Shown: positions 8,831 to 18,532, counted from the first letter of the whole stretch. The stretch: DNA of 62,128 bases, filler included, from an uncultured Planctomycetales bacterium (GCA_964487475.1; 5 parts of 4 records of this genome joined end to end with filler, not necessarily neighbours in it); one strand, 5' to 3'. Numbers and translations: made by a program. The notes: generated by a model not told the origin, from the sequence alone.

Positions 8831-9232
8831 ATGAAGAGAACGGCAGTATTGGTCTGTATGATGGTATTGTGTGCTTCCGCGGTCCAGGCCGGTCCTTTGG
8901 GGAAAGCGCACAAGGCCCGCGCCGACCGGAACAAAGACGGGTATGTCGATCAGAAGGAGCGGCAGCTTGACCGGAAACTCGAGAAAACGGTGCAGTGGGA
9001 GCATGGCAAGGCCAGGGTCAACAATGAAATAGAGAAGAAATACGATCTCAACGGCGACGGATGGCTGCAACCGGCTGAGATCAAGGAGCTGACCAAGGAT
9101 AAATATCAGCTGATCCAGACTCACGGAAAGGCAAAAGTGGATACTGCCGTCGAAAAGAAGTATGACGGCAACCAGGACGGCATTCTCGATGCGACGGAAG
9201 CGAAGAAGATGTTCGACGAAAGCCAGGAGTAA
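8831..9232 (+). CDS. Secreted EF-hand calcium-binding protein
   Basis: Signal peptide; three loops DRNKDGYVDQKE, DLNGDGWLQPAE, DGNQDGILDATE; internal repeat HGKAxVxxxxEKKYD. Confidence 0.88.
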   Translation: MKRTAVLVCMMVLCASAVQAGPLGKAHKARADRNKDGYVDQKERQLDRKLEKTVQWEHGKARVNNEIEKKYDLNGDGWLQPAEIKELTKDKYQLIQTHGKAKVDTAVEKKYDGNQDGILDATEAKKMFDESQE

Positions 9233-9235
9233 GCG

Positions 9236-10372
9236 ATGGGTATTTTTACCGAAAGTATGAATGCGGCGTACGCGCACACCGGGACCATGCTGTTCAAGCC
9301 GTTCAGGGTGAAGAAGTGGTTCATTCTGGCGTTCGTCGCCTGGCTCGCCGGCGCATTGACGGGGAGTTCCGGGAACATCAATCTGCCTTCTCCCCGGGAT
9401 ACGCAGGAATCGCGGCCGAGCGCGCAGACCGTCCAGGATGCGCAAGGGGCACAGTCCGGGGAAGAGGCAGTTTCCGGGGAAGAGGCAGTCTCCGGGGAAA
9501 AGGATGTGTTCACACGGGAGAGCTTGCTCAAGGCCAAGGAGCAGGTGTTTTCCGAGCTGCGCAAACCTTACGTCCTGGCCCTGGTTGTCGCCGCTGCGGT
9601 ATCCTTCGTGCTGCTGATGCTTTTGTTTATGTGGATTTACAGCCGGTTCATGTTCGTCTTTGTGCATGACGTCGCCTATAATGATGCTTCCATCAGGAAG
9701 CCTTTCGGGCAGTACCGTGTGCCGGCGCGGTCTTTTTTCCTGTTTACCTGCACTCTGACGCTCCTGAGCCTGACGGTGCTGGGAGGGATATTCCTGCTCG
9801 GGGCGTATTTTGCGTTGCGGGCGTTCCTGGCGGGTCCGCTTTCCTGGACCACGGTGCTCAATGCGGTGGTGGCCGGATTGCCGTTCCTGCTGTTGTTCAT
9901 GGTGCTGGCGTTGATCTGCGGGATCATCGGATTATTGGTGAAGGATTTTGCCGTACCGGTGATGCTGAAAGACGGTTCCACGCTGCGTAATGCCTGGGCC
10001 GCGGTAGGGCCTCTCCTGTCGCGGAACAAAAAGTACGTGGTGCTGTACGTGCTGCTTAAGGCGGGCCTGGGATTCGCGGTCGAGCTCATGTTCGGGCTGG
10101 TGTCCACCGCGGTGCTGATCATGCTTTTGATCCCGGTGCTGGGGTTGGGCGCGGGCGGGGCGGTGGCGCTGAAATTGATGCACGTGAACGTTTCCCCCTG
10201 GCTGGCGGTACCCCTGGTGATACTGCTGGTGCTTTGGATCCTCTGCGTGACGGCAGTGCTGTTGACCATCAAGGTGCCGGTCGCGGTGTTCATGCGCAGT
10301 TTGAGCCTGACGTTCCTGGGGGCTTTGGCGCCCGAGCATACACTTATCACGACACCGGTGAAGGAGGCATAA
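9236..10372 (+). CDS. Multi-pass membrane protein of unknown function
   Basis: Many transmembrane segments; N-terminal LFKPFRVKKWFILAFVAWLAG. Confidence 0.8.
   Translation: MGIFTESMNAAYAHTGTMLFKPFRVKKWFILAFVAWLAGALTGSSGNINLPSPRDTQESRPSAQTVQDAQGAQSGEEAVSGEEAVSGEKDVFTRESLLKAKEQVFSELRKPYVLALVVAAAVSFVLLMLLFMWIYSRFMFVFVHDVAYNDASIRKPFGQYRVPARSFFLFTCTLTLLSLTVLGGIFLLGAYFALRAFLAGPLSWTTVLNAVVAGLPFLLLFMVLALICGIIGLLVKDFAVPVMLKDGSTLRNAWAAVGPLLSRNKKYVVLYVLLKAGLGFAVELMFGLVSTAVLIMLLIPVLGLGAGGAVALKLMHVNVSPWLAVPLVILLVLWILCVTAVLLTIKVPVAVFMRSLSLTFLGALAPEHTLITTPVKEA
9455..9500 (+). repeat. 18-bp in-frame tandem repeat (SGEEAV x ~2.5)
   Basis: TCCGGGGAAGAGGCAGTY twice, then TCCGGGGAAA. Confidence 0.9.
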
Positions 10373-10690
10373 ATGGAAGAGTTGAAAAAAACGCCGTATT
10401 CGCCTTCCCTGGCCGCCAGCTTGAGTTTCCTGTGCGCGGGCTTGGGGCAGGTGTATAACGGGCAGATCTGGAAAGCGGTGCTGATATTTTTGACCTCGTG
10501 GCTTTTTTTCCCCTGGATATTGAGTATCGTGGACGCGTACAAGACCGCGCAGCGGCTCAATAACGGGGAGACCCCGAAAGGCCCAAACATGAAGGTGGTC
10601 GTCGGAGTGGGGATCGCGCTGGTCTCGCTTACGTTCCTGTGCGTGATCGGTCTGGTGGTACTTGTCATCTGGCTGGGAGCAAGACAATAG
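10373..10690 (+). CDS. Small membrane protein (TM2/DUF5683-like)
   Basis: AASLSFLCAGLGQVYNGQIWKA...WILSIVDAY motif. Confidence 0.8.
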   Translation: MEELKKTPYSPSLAASLSFLCAGLGQVYNGQIWKAVLIFLTSWLFFPWILSIVDAYKTAQRLNNGETPKGPNMKVVVGVGIALVSLTFLCVIGLVVLVIWLGARQ

Positions 10691-10698
10691 GAGGATCG

Positions 10699-11469
10699 AT
10701 GCTGAAGAAATTCTTCGGGGCGCTCTGTGCGGTGTTGGTGCTGTGCGCTCTGGCGCAGGCGGGAGAGGTCAGGCTTAAGAACGGGCAGGTGTTCAGCGGG
10801 AAAGTGCGCGGCAAGGACGGCCAGCGGATCACCATAGAATCGGAAGGGCTCTCAATGCCGTATTTCGTCGATGAGATCGAGTCCATAAACGGGCAGGACC
10901 CCTCCCTGGTCGTGGTGGAGGAGATCCCCATGGAGGAGGATGTTTCGGGCGGCGATCCCGCCGTTCGTGAGCCGGTGGCGGTTATCACGGAGGGTATCAG
11001 TGAGATGGAGGAGGCAGCGGATAAGACCTTTTCCCCGGTCGCGCGGCAGGAACGCAACCCCGCCGATCTTTTTTCCGGGATGAGCCCGCAGGAAAAGGAG
11101 AAGCTCCAGGGGATGATCGTGCCTATTATCGCGGTGATCCTGGTGCTGGTCGTGGCGTCCTATGTGTTTTCCTCGTACTGCATGATGCGTATCGCCGATA
11201 AGCTCTCGATAGGGCCGGGGTGGTGGGCATGGGTCCCTATCGCCAATTTGTTCCTGATGTTCAAGATGGCGGGAGTGAGTTACTGGTGGATGTTCATCTT
11301 CCTGGCTTCTTTCATCCCTGTCATCGGGCCGCTGGCGGTCTCCGGTTTTTCGATCTATCTCTGGTACAAGATCATCGTTGCCCGCAATAAGCCGGCGTGG
11401 ATGACGGTCTTGATGATCATCCCCCTGGCGAACATGGGAGTGATCGCGTATCTGGCGTTCAGCGAGTAG
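10699..11469 (+). CDS. Exported domain fused to a DUF5684-like membrane domain
   Basis: GGAGG RBS; signal peptide; LKNGQVFSGKV small beta domain; IADKL...WWAWVPIANLF membrane motif. Confidence 0.8.
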   Translation: MLKKFFGALCAVLVLCALAQAGEVRLKNGQVFSGKVRGKDGQRITIESEGLSMPYFVDEIESINGQDPSLVVVEEIPMEEDVSGGDPAVREPVAVITEGISEMEEAADKTFSPVARQERNPADLFSGMSPQEKEKLQGMIVPIIAVILVLVVASYVFSSYCMMRIADKLSIGPGWWAWVPIANLFLMFKMAGVSYWWMFIFLASFIPVIGPLAVSGFSIYLWYKIIVARNKPAWMTVLMIIPLANMGVIAYLAFSE

Positions 11470-11479
11470 CGCGCCGCGG

Positions 11480-12217
11480 GTGATGAAAAAGTACGTCTGG
11501 TGGGCGTTGGTGGGGATCGGCGCGGTCGCGTTCTTCGGCCGGCACGATATGCGCGGCGTCCGCACCGTCGATCCGCTGGCCTGGGAGCAGCCCCGGCAGA
11601 CCGCGGTATCCGATGCGCGTCCGATCAATTTTTCGCGTGACGGGTTCGAATATAAGGTCACCCCGCTTTACGAATATGATATCGCAGGGGTGGTGGCGGG
11701 GGTCACCGATTACCGCTGGTTCGCGCTGAACAAGACCGCGAACGCCTTTCCTCTGGACGTGTGCCTGGTGTGGGGGAGCAATGTCCGGACCGGGGTGTTC
11801 CGGGACCCCCGGGTGAGTTATTCGCAGGATTGCCGCTGGTGTTATGTGCGCTGGAGCGGATCCGGCATCAGTTTCGATCTGCACGAGATGGCGAACGTGC
11901 ACCTGGTGATCGACGATGCGCAGGTGTTCTCCCGCGCCAAGTCCCTGGCCAAAGGCGACCAGGTCAGGCTGCGTGGCAAATTGGTGTCCGTCAAGATCCG
12001 TCAGAAAAGCGACGGACGGGAGAGCATCTGGAATTCCAGCACTACCCGCACCGACAGCGGCAACGGCGCCTGCGAAGTGATGTATGTGGAATCCGTGGAC
12101 GTGCTGCGCCGGGCGAATCCTGCGGCACGGGCAGCGTTCAAGGCGGCGCTGGCGGGGTTGCTCGTGATGACCGTCTGGGCAGTGGTGAGTTTCTTCCTGC
12201 CCCGGCGGGAACAATAA
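11480..12217 (+). CDS. Membrane-anchored hypothetical protein
   Basis: N- and C-terminal hydrophobic segments; PLDVCLVWG, ANVHL and SSTTRTDSGNGACEVMYV conserved-looking motifs. Confidence 0.8.
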   Translation: MMKKYVWWALVGIGAVAFFGRHDMRGVRTVDPLAWEQPRQTAVSDARPINFSRDGFEYKVTPLYEYDIAGVVAGVTDYRWFALNKTANAFPLDVCLVWGSNVRTGVFRDPRVSYSQDCRWCYVRWSGSGISFDLHEMANVHLVIDDAQVFSRAKSLAKGDQVRLRGKLVSVKIRQKSDGRESIWNSSTTRTDSGNGACEVMYVESVDVLRRANPAARAAFKAALAGLLVMTVWAVVSFFLPRREQ

Positions 12218-12242
12218 AAAACCCCGATCGCTCGGGGTTTTT
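12216..12242 (+). terminator. Bidirectional intrinsic terminator
   Basis: AAAAAACCCCGA-TCGC-TCGGGGTTTTT. Confidence 0.85.
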
Positions 12243-12373
12243 GGATGGAAGAGTTGCTATGTCTTTACTTCGGCACCCTCCTTTTCTTTGAGTAATCGCT
12301 TGTAGAGTAAGTATTGCCGATAGAGGGTTTGATTTCAATGCCTTTTCACGGGTTTTTTGAAAGCGTTTTCGTG

Positions 12374-12473
12374 NNNNNNNNNNNNNNNNNNNNNNNNNNN
12401 NNNNNNNNNNNNNNNNNTTAATTAATTAANNNNNNNNNNNNNNNNNNNNNNNNNNNNNNNNNNNNNNNNNNNN
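12374..12473. other. Artificial contig-join spacer
   Basis: N run containing TTAATTAATTAA (stops in all six frames). Confidence 0.98.
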
Positions 12474-13051
12474 TCGTGCCGGGACGGACCGTGGTAGCGT
12501 TCGTCAATCCCGAGGATGCGGCGATCTCCTTATGCTGCCGGAAGGCTGCGGGGTCGGTGAGGGAAGTGGTGCTTTGCGGCAAGGACGAGGTGTTCTTGGC
12601 GCGCCTTAAGGATAAGCTCTTTGAAGAGTCCGGTTGTCAGGCACGCATCGAGGCGGACTTAAGCAAGGCCGTGCAGAGCGCCGATATCGTGCTGGTGGGT
12701 GAGGGTCGCATCGATTTCAAGCCGGTCTCCGGGTTGCGGCCGGGAACCGTGATCTGCCATCTGGCGAGCGCGGGAACCGGGCCCCTTAAAGCGGCGGAGT
12801 ACCCTTCTGCGGTCGTGGTGGAGGGCGGATTGATCCGGCTGCCTAAGGGAAGCACCCTTAGTGCAGGCAAGGGATTCGTACCCGGCGTGGTGCCGGCATC
12901 GCTTGCAGAGACCGCGCTGCTGGCATTGGAGCAAAGGTTGGGGGCGTATTCACTGGACTGGTCCACCAACCCCGATAAACTGGAAGAGATCGCGGATATG
13001 GCGGCAAGGCATGGGTTCGAAGTGTGGATCCCCCAGGCCCCGTTGACATAA
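12474..13051 (+). CDS. Acyl-ACP reductase-like/shikimate dehydrogenase-fold protein, C-terminal part
   Basis: ADIV...LRPGTVIC...VVEGGLIRLP...LAETALLALE...YS...EIADMAARHGF C-terminal signature; 5' end cut by contig edge. Confidence 0.7.
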
Positions 13052-13060
13052 GGAGAAGGA

Positions 13061-13318
13061 ATGGCGGACAAGCTGGATTTCGAGCAGGTGAAGCTGGAAG
13101 TCAGGAAGCTGATTTCGGAGATCACGGAAGTCTCGGAACAGGACCTCAAGGACGACGCAAAGTTCGTCGAAGACCTTGGTATCGACAGCATGATGGCGCT
13201 TGAGATCGTTGCCAGCCTGGAAAAGAAGTACAAGGTCACTATTCCCGAGGACCAGATCCCGACGGTTACCTCCCTCACCAGCGTATACGCGCTGCTCGCA
13301 AAACTGTTGCACAAATAG
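13061..13318 (+). CDS. Acyl carrier protein
   Basis: DLGIDSMMALEIV phosphopantetheine site; acidic 85 aa. Confidence 0.95.
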   Translation: MADKLDFEQVKLEVRKLISEITEVSEQDLKDDAKFVEDLGIDSMMALEIVASLEKKYKVTIPEDQIPTVTSLTSVYALLAKLLHK

Positions 13319-13340
13319 CCGGAGGCCTGGCGACTATCAC

Positions 13341-14417
13341 ATGGCTGAGAGATCGCGGGCGGTGCTTGTAACCGGAGCCACCGGTCTGGTCGGTTCCTAC
13401 CTTTTGAAAGTCCTTCTGGAACAGGGGCGGAGCGTCTACGCGCTAGCCCGTTCTGCCGCAGCAAAAAACGCTTCGCAGCGCATCTGCGATATGCTTCATT
13501 TCTGGGGAGTCGCTCCCGATCTTGCCCGTTCCTCGCTGCTGCAGGTAGTGGAAGGGGATGTGGGCGAGGAGTCCCTCGGCCTGTCCCGCAGTGCGGGCCG
13601 CGCGTTCCTGGACCTGGTCACCGAAGTGTTCCATTGTGCCGCGGTCACCGATCTCAATAAGCCTCTGGATTTCCTGCGCAATGTCAATGTCGAAGGGACC
13701 CGCCGGGTGCTGGAGCTGGCCTGGAAAGCGCAGGAGCGGGATCGCCGGATCCGGGTGCATCATGTGAGCACGGCGTACGTGTACGGCTCATTCGAGGGGA
13801 AATTCACCGAGCGAGATTTCGAAGCGGGGCAGACCTTCGACACCAATTACGAGCGCACTAAATTCGAGGCGGAAGCGCTCGCGCACGAGTATAGCCGCCG
13901 CGGCCTGTGGGTGGATGTGTACCGTCCGCCGATCGTGATCGGGGAGTCTTCGGGAGGCAAGACCTTCCAGCTGAAGCATATTTATCAGTTCGCGCACCTG
14001 GCGCGGCAGGAGATCTTCGACGAGCTGCCGGTCAAGGGCGCAGAGGTGGCGCTGGTCTCCGTGGATGCGCTGGCGTATGCGATCTACGCCCTATCGCAGG
14101 ATCCCGGAGCGGCGTGCGGCGCGGTGTACCATCCTTTTCCCGCGCGTCTGGTGGCGGTGGCGGAGGTGCTGGAGGCGGCGCGGAAGGTCTGGGGATTCAG
14201 GATGCCCCGGTTCGTGGCGCGGGAGGGGTTTGATGTGGGGCGCTACACCCCGGCGCAGCGCGCGCTGCTGCAGACGATCTTTCTTTCCGTGAATTTCAAA
14301 ACGGGGCTTGATTCCGCGGCCACCAATGCTATGCTAAGGAAGCTGGGAGTTCCCATGCCCCAGGCGGACGAGGCATTACTGGAGAGGTGTTTTCGCTATG
14401 CCGCACGAAGAGCTTAA
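13341..14417 (+). CDS. Extended SDR, thioester-reductase/male-sterility-like NAD-binding protein
   Basis: VLVTGATGLVG, FHCAA, NVEGT, HVSTAYV, YERTK, YRPPIVIG. Confidence 0.88.
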   Translation: MAERSRAVLVTGATGLVGSYLLKVLLEQGRSVYALARSAAAKNASQRICDMLHFWGVAPDLARSSLLQVVEGDVGEESLGLSRSAGRAFLDLVTEVFHCAAVTDLNKPLDFLRNVNVEGTRRVLELAWKAQERDRRIRVHHVSTAYVYGSFEGKFTERDFEAGQTFDTNYERTKFEAEALAHEYSRRGLWVDVYRPPIVIGESSGGKTFQLKHIYQFAHLARQEIFDELPVKGAEVALVSVDALAYAIYALSQDPGAACGAVYHPFPARLVAVAEVLEAARKVWGFRMPRFVAREGFDVGRYTPAQRALLQTIFLSVNFKTGLDSAATNAMLRKLGVPMPQADEALLERCFRYAARRA

Positions 14418-15015
14418 TATACAACTGCTGCGCGTGATCCGGGAGCGGGCGAGTGTCCGGAAATATTCGGATACTCCGGTGCCGGATGAGGCGCTTAACT
14501 CGGTGCTGGAGGCCGGTATCTGGGGGCCGTCCGTGCCGAGTTTTCTGCGCATACAGCCGTGGAAGTTCGTGGCGGTGCGGGAGAAGAAGGTGATCCGCGC
14601 CGTGGGGGACGTGCTGCTGGAGCGCTCCAAGGTGTCGCCCTCGGGGGTAAGCCTGCTGCTTAAGTCCGCGGCGGGGATCGTCTCGGGCGCGCCGTGCCTG
14701 GTAGCGGTATATAATTCCGACGATGTGATGCGGATGAAGGATAAATACAAGGAAGCGTTCGCGAATTTTGCCGAGATCCTGCCGAAGGCGGAGTTGTGCG
14801 CGATCGCGGCGGCGGTGCAGAACATGGTGCTGACCGCGGCGACGCGGGGGCTGGGATCGTGCTGGCTGGATATGCCGCTTTTCTGTGAGAAGGAAGTGAA
14901 TGCGGTGCTGGGGGAGGACCTCAAGCTGGTGGCGGTGCTGACCCTGGGATTCCCGGCGGAGTTGGGAAAGCGGGCGCCGCGCAAGGCGTTCGGGGAAAGC
15001 GTGAAATACATCTGA
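14398..15015 (+). CDS. Nitroreductase family flavoprotein
   Basis: RERASVRKY, QPWKFVAV, AAVQNMVLTAATRGLGSCW. Confidence 0.9.
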   Translation: MPHEELNIQLLRVIRERASVRKYSDTPVPDEALNSVLEAGIWGPSVPSFLRIQPWKFVAVREKKVIRAVGDVLLERSKVSPSGVSLLLKSAAGIVSGAPCLVAVYNSDDVMRMKDKYKEAFANFAEILPKAELCAIAAAVQNMVLTAATRGLGSCWLDMPLFCEKEVNAVLGEDLKLVAVLTLGFPAELGKRAPRKAFGESVKYI

Positions 15016-15033
15016 TGACGGGGACGGCGCGTA

Positions 15034-16479
15034 ATGAGTGAGAAATATGATGTCGTGATCATCGGGGCGGGGATCGGCGGCCTGGTATGCGGCTGTTACC
15101 TGGCGAAGGCGGGATTGAAGACGCTGATCGTGGAGCAGCACGACAAGCCGGGCGGCTACTGTACGTCTTTTACCCGGAAGGGGTACAGGTTTGATGTGGG
15201 CGTGCACTATTTGGGTTCATTAAATTCCGGTATTTTAAGAAGGGTTATGGATGAGCTCCAGGGTGAAATGCCTGTGGCGCAGATTGACCCCTCAGATAGG
15301 ATTATCCTTCCAGGGGCAGAAACCGTAATCAGGGCCAAAGTACAAGATACGAAGATTGAGTTAACAAAGAGCTTTCCTCAGGAGAGGGAAAATATTGATC
15401 GCTTTTTTTCGTTTATTCTTGCTGATGATTTTTTACAAGTTTATTTAAAAACAAAGAGAATGACATTTTTGCACGTATTGCGTGAGTTTTTCAAAGATAA
15501 AAACTTGATTGCTGTATTTAGTTTGTTGCTAGGAAATATTGGATTATCTGCCGGAAAAGCTGCTGCAGTGCCTGCGATTGTGCTTTTTAGGGAGTATATA
15601 TTGGATTGCGGGTATTATCCTGCAGGAGGGATGCAGACTTTTGCTAATTGCTTGAGTCGTAGGTTTGTATCTTTTGGTGGTGAGCTTAGATTGCTTACGA
15701 AGGCAACGGGAATAATAACTAAGAATCCCAAGAAAGTTTTACTTGCTTCTGGGGAGGAGGTGTCTACGAAAGTTGTTATTTCCAACGCTGATGCAACTTT
15801 GACTTTTAATAACTTGGTTGATTCTTCATGTAAAGAATCGGATAAGTTGAAGGAAATGGAGTATTCCCCTTCGATGTTTCTTGTGTATTTGGGTTTAAAA
15901 TATAATGTGGGTTCCGTTTTGAAGGACAAGGCGAATCTTTGGTATTTCTCAACTTCTGATATTGATACACTATATTCGAGAATGGCCACAGATATTCCGG
16001 AAAAGTTGCCTGACTGTGTTATGTGTTCTTTCCCATCATTGCACGATTCTGATATAAAACGATCAGATTCTTCGACGGCAATAATTTTTATTCACGCCCC
16101 TTATAAAAATCAGGAATTTTGGCGTGACAATAAGGTTTTTCTAGGCGATCGTCTTATTGAAAAAGCCTCTGAGGTTATTCCCGGGTTAAGAGAGAATATC
16201 GTTGTTAAGGAATACGCAACTCCGGTTTCATTTGAGAGATATACTTCGAATAAAGATGGAGCATTTGTTGGATGGTTATCAACTGTTAAGCAAATCAATG
16301 CGTCTTTGTTACCTCAGCGTTCCTCTATACATGGCTTGTATTTAGTTGGACACTGGACTTCGATGGGCTACCCGGGTTACGGTGGAATTCCAAATGTTGC
16401 TTTTTCGGGTAGAAGGGGTGCTATGGTTGTGTTGCAGGATTTAGGTGTCAATTGGCCGTATAAAGAGATTAAGCTGTAA
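15034..16479 (+). CDS. Phytoene desaturase (CrtI)-family FAD-dependent oxidoreductase
   Basis: YDVVIIGAGIGGL, PGGYCTSF.RKGYRFDVG, YPAGGMQ, ATPVSFERYT, LYLVGHWT...GG. Confidence 0.9.
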   Translation: MSEKYDVVIIGAGIGGLVCGCYLAKAGLKTLIVEQHDKPGGYCTSFTRKGYRFDVGVHYLGSLNSGILRRVMDELQGEMPVAQIDPSDRIILPGAETVIRAKVQDTKIELTKSFPQERENIDRFFSFILADDFLQVYLKTKRMTFLHVLREFFKDKNLIAVFSLLLGNIGLSAGKAAAVPAIVLFREYILDCGYYPAGGMQTFANCLSRRFVSFGGELRLLTKATGIITKNPKKVLLASGEEVSTKVVISNADATLTFNNLVDSSCKESDKLKEMEYSPSMFLVYLGLKYNVGSVLKDKANLWYFSTSDIDTLYSRMATDIPEKLPDCVMCSFPSLHDSDIKRSDSSTAIIFIHAPYKNQEFWRDNKVFLGDRLIEKASEVIPGLRENIVVKEYATPVSFERYTSNKDGAFVGWLSTVKQINASLLPQRSSIHGLYLVGHWTSMGYPGYGGIPNVAFSGRRGAMVVLQDLGVNWPYKEIKL

Positions 16480-16490
16480 ATGCGAATGCC

Positions 16491-17295
16491 ATGAATATTT
16501 ATTCAATCCCACAATTACTAACATCAATACTGCTACTTGTTTTAATTTTCCTGCTTTCAAAAAGCCAAAAATCTCAGGAAAGGGGTCCGCTTATCCTGAT
16601 GTGTCTTGGTGGGATTATTTGGATGTTTTCTTTTTTCCTCATGTTTAATTCTTCTGTAGGAGACGAAAAGACAGCTTTTATATTTGGTAGGGTGGGATGG
16701 CTAGGGGTGACTTTGATTCCCATGATGTATTATCATTTCGTTTTAAAGTTTTTAAAGATTAAAGAAAACAAATTATTGCCTTTCGTGCATTTGTTGGGTG
16801 TATTTTTTATTTTATTAATATTTTTCTCTAATTCCGTGATAAGGGGAGTTCATTATTTTTATTGGGGTTTTTATCCGTTAAAGGGGAATTTGCACCCCAT
16901 CTACTTAACTTACGTTTTTGCATTGTTCGTGATTTGTTTGATTAATCTTTATAAGAGCTATCAAAAAACATATATTCCCCTCGAAAGATTAAGAATTAAA
17001 TATGTTTTTTGGGCATTTCTATTGGGGAATCTTGGGTCGATAGATTTTATTCAAAACTATGGTTTTGAATTTTACCCTTTTGGATGTATTAATATTGGGA
17101 TTTTTGCAACACTAATGACGCATTCAATTATTAGATATCGTTTGATGGATATCAATATTGCAATCACGCGAACAGGCATATTTGTGGCTGTTTATACTTT
17201 GGTTCTTGGAATTCCCTTCGCAATTGCAGTTTACTCCCGTCAGCACCTGATCGATCTTTTCGGGGGGCATTGGTGGATCGTTCCCCTCGGCGTCA
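16491..17295 (+). CDS. HisKA_7TM-type membrane sensor (probable histidine kinase), 3'-truncated
   Basis: Seven-plus TM segments with YFYWGFYPLKG and DF..YG...YPFG, then IIRYRLMDI; catalytic domain not in contig. Confidence 0.8.
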
Positions 17296-17395
17296 NNNNN
17301 NNNNNNNNNNNNNNNNNNNNNNNNNNNNNNNNNNNNNNNTTAATTAATTAANNNNNNNNNNNNNNNNNNNNNNNNNNNNNNNNNNNNNNNNNNNN
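17296..17395. other. Artificial contig-join spacer
   Basis: N run containing TTAATTAATTAA. Confidence 0.98.
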
Positions 17396-18532
17396 CCCCT
17401 CTCCGGTCTTTCCCACATGCCGGAGAAGCTCTTTCCATTTCCCGGGGGCTTCGGGATCCGCCGCTGCCAGCAACGCTTTCCGGATCCATCCCGTATCCTC
17501 CAGGATCTGCACACATTCCCGGCACGCAAAGGGTTCCGCATCCAGCAGGGATTCCACCTGCGGCAGGGAAGCTTCCGGCAAAGCCACCATCACTTCCTTG
17601 ACCGCCTGCCGGACCATCCAATGCTCATCGCGCATATGGCCGATCACTTCGGGAAGGACTGCCTCCCCTCCCAGCGCGAATGCGGCGCGGATCGCGTGCA
17701 TGCGCACGAACCAGGCAACGTCATACATGCGCGGCCGAAGCGTCTCCATGACGGAAGGGTCCTTCAGCGCTGCCAGGCTCTCGCAGACCGCGGCCCGCAC
17801 GTCCGCGGAAACATCCCCGGAAAGCCGCAGCAGCGTATCGAGGCAGCGCGCGGAAGGGAAACGGCGCATCAGCCTGACCGCCCAGAAACGCACATAGGGA
17901 TCCGTACTCTCCGAAGCGCGCAGCACCTCGTCGAGCACCTGCTCGGGGAACCCTTCCAGGAAAGAAGCGATCTTGCCGCCTCCGGCCAGACGCAAATGCA
18001 GGCACTCCAGCAGCAATGCGGCAGCCTCCGGGGTCTTAAGCTGCGCTAAGGAGAACATCGCGTAATATGCCACTTCGGGATCGCGGTCATGCACCGCCAG
18101 GGAAAGCAGCTCCTGGGCCTTCGGGCTTTGCGAATATCCTAACGAGACCAGCGCCTCGATACGGCGCCACTTAGGGCGGCGGCGGGCGGCGTCTTTTTCC
18201 AGGGACCTGCCGGCCGAGACCTCGTTCAGGCACTCCCGGATCTGCTCCCCGTGCTCGGGGCCGGCGAGCGATTCCCGCTCCCGGGAAAGCATCAGGAATT
18301 CGGCGGCACTAACTCCCCGCACTACCGCAGGACAGGACTGACGCAAGGCCCCTTCCCCCTGCAAAGAGAGTATCGCCAGCCTGCGCATGACCCGGCGCAC
18401 CCGCGTCTCGTGCCGCCGGATGAGACTCTGGCGCCACCCCGCGAAAAAAAACACCGCCAGGGACAGCACTATGACCAGCCCGGCGATGCAGTAATTTACC
18501 GCCCAGATCAGAGACGCTATATCCTTAGGCAT
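17396..18532 (-). CDS. Membrane-anchored HEAT-repeat protein (3' end at contig edge)
   Basis: N-terminal TM; repeats D.DPEVAYYA, DPYVRFWA, DVSADVRAAVCESL, DVAWFVRMHA, DEHWMVRQA. Confidence 0.88.

Noticed and set aside
12243..12373. Short minus-strand reading frames at the contig end
   Set aside because: Too short and truncated to assign; no recognisable motif.
12374..12473. TTAATTAATTAA motif repeated four times in the window
   Set aside because: It is embedded in N runs and is an artificial six-frame-stop contig linker. Gene adjacency across these joins is meaningless.
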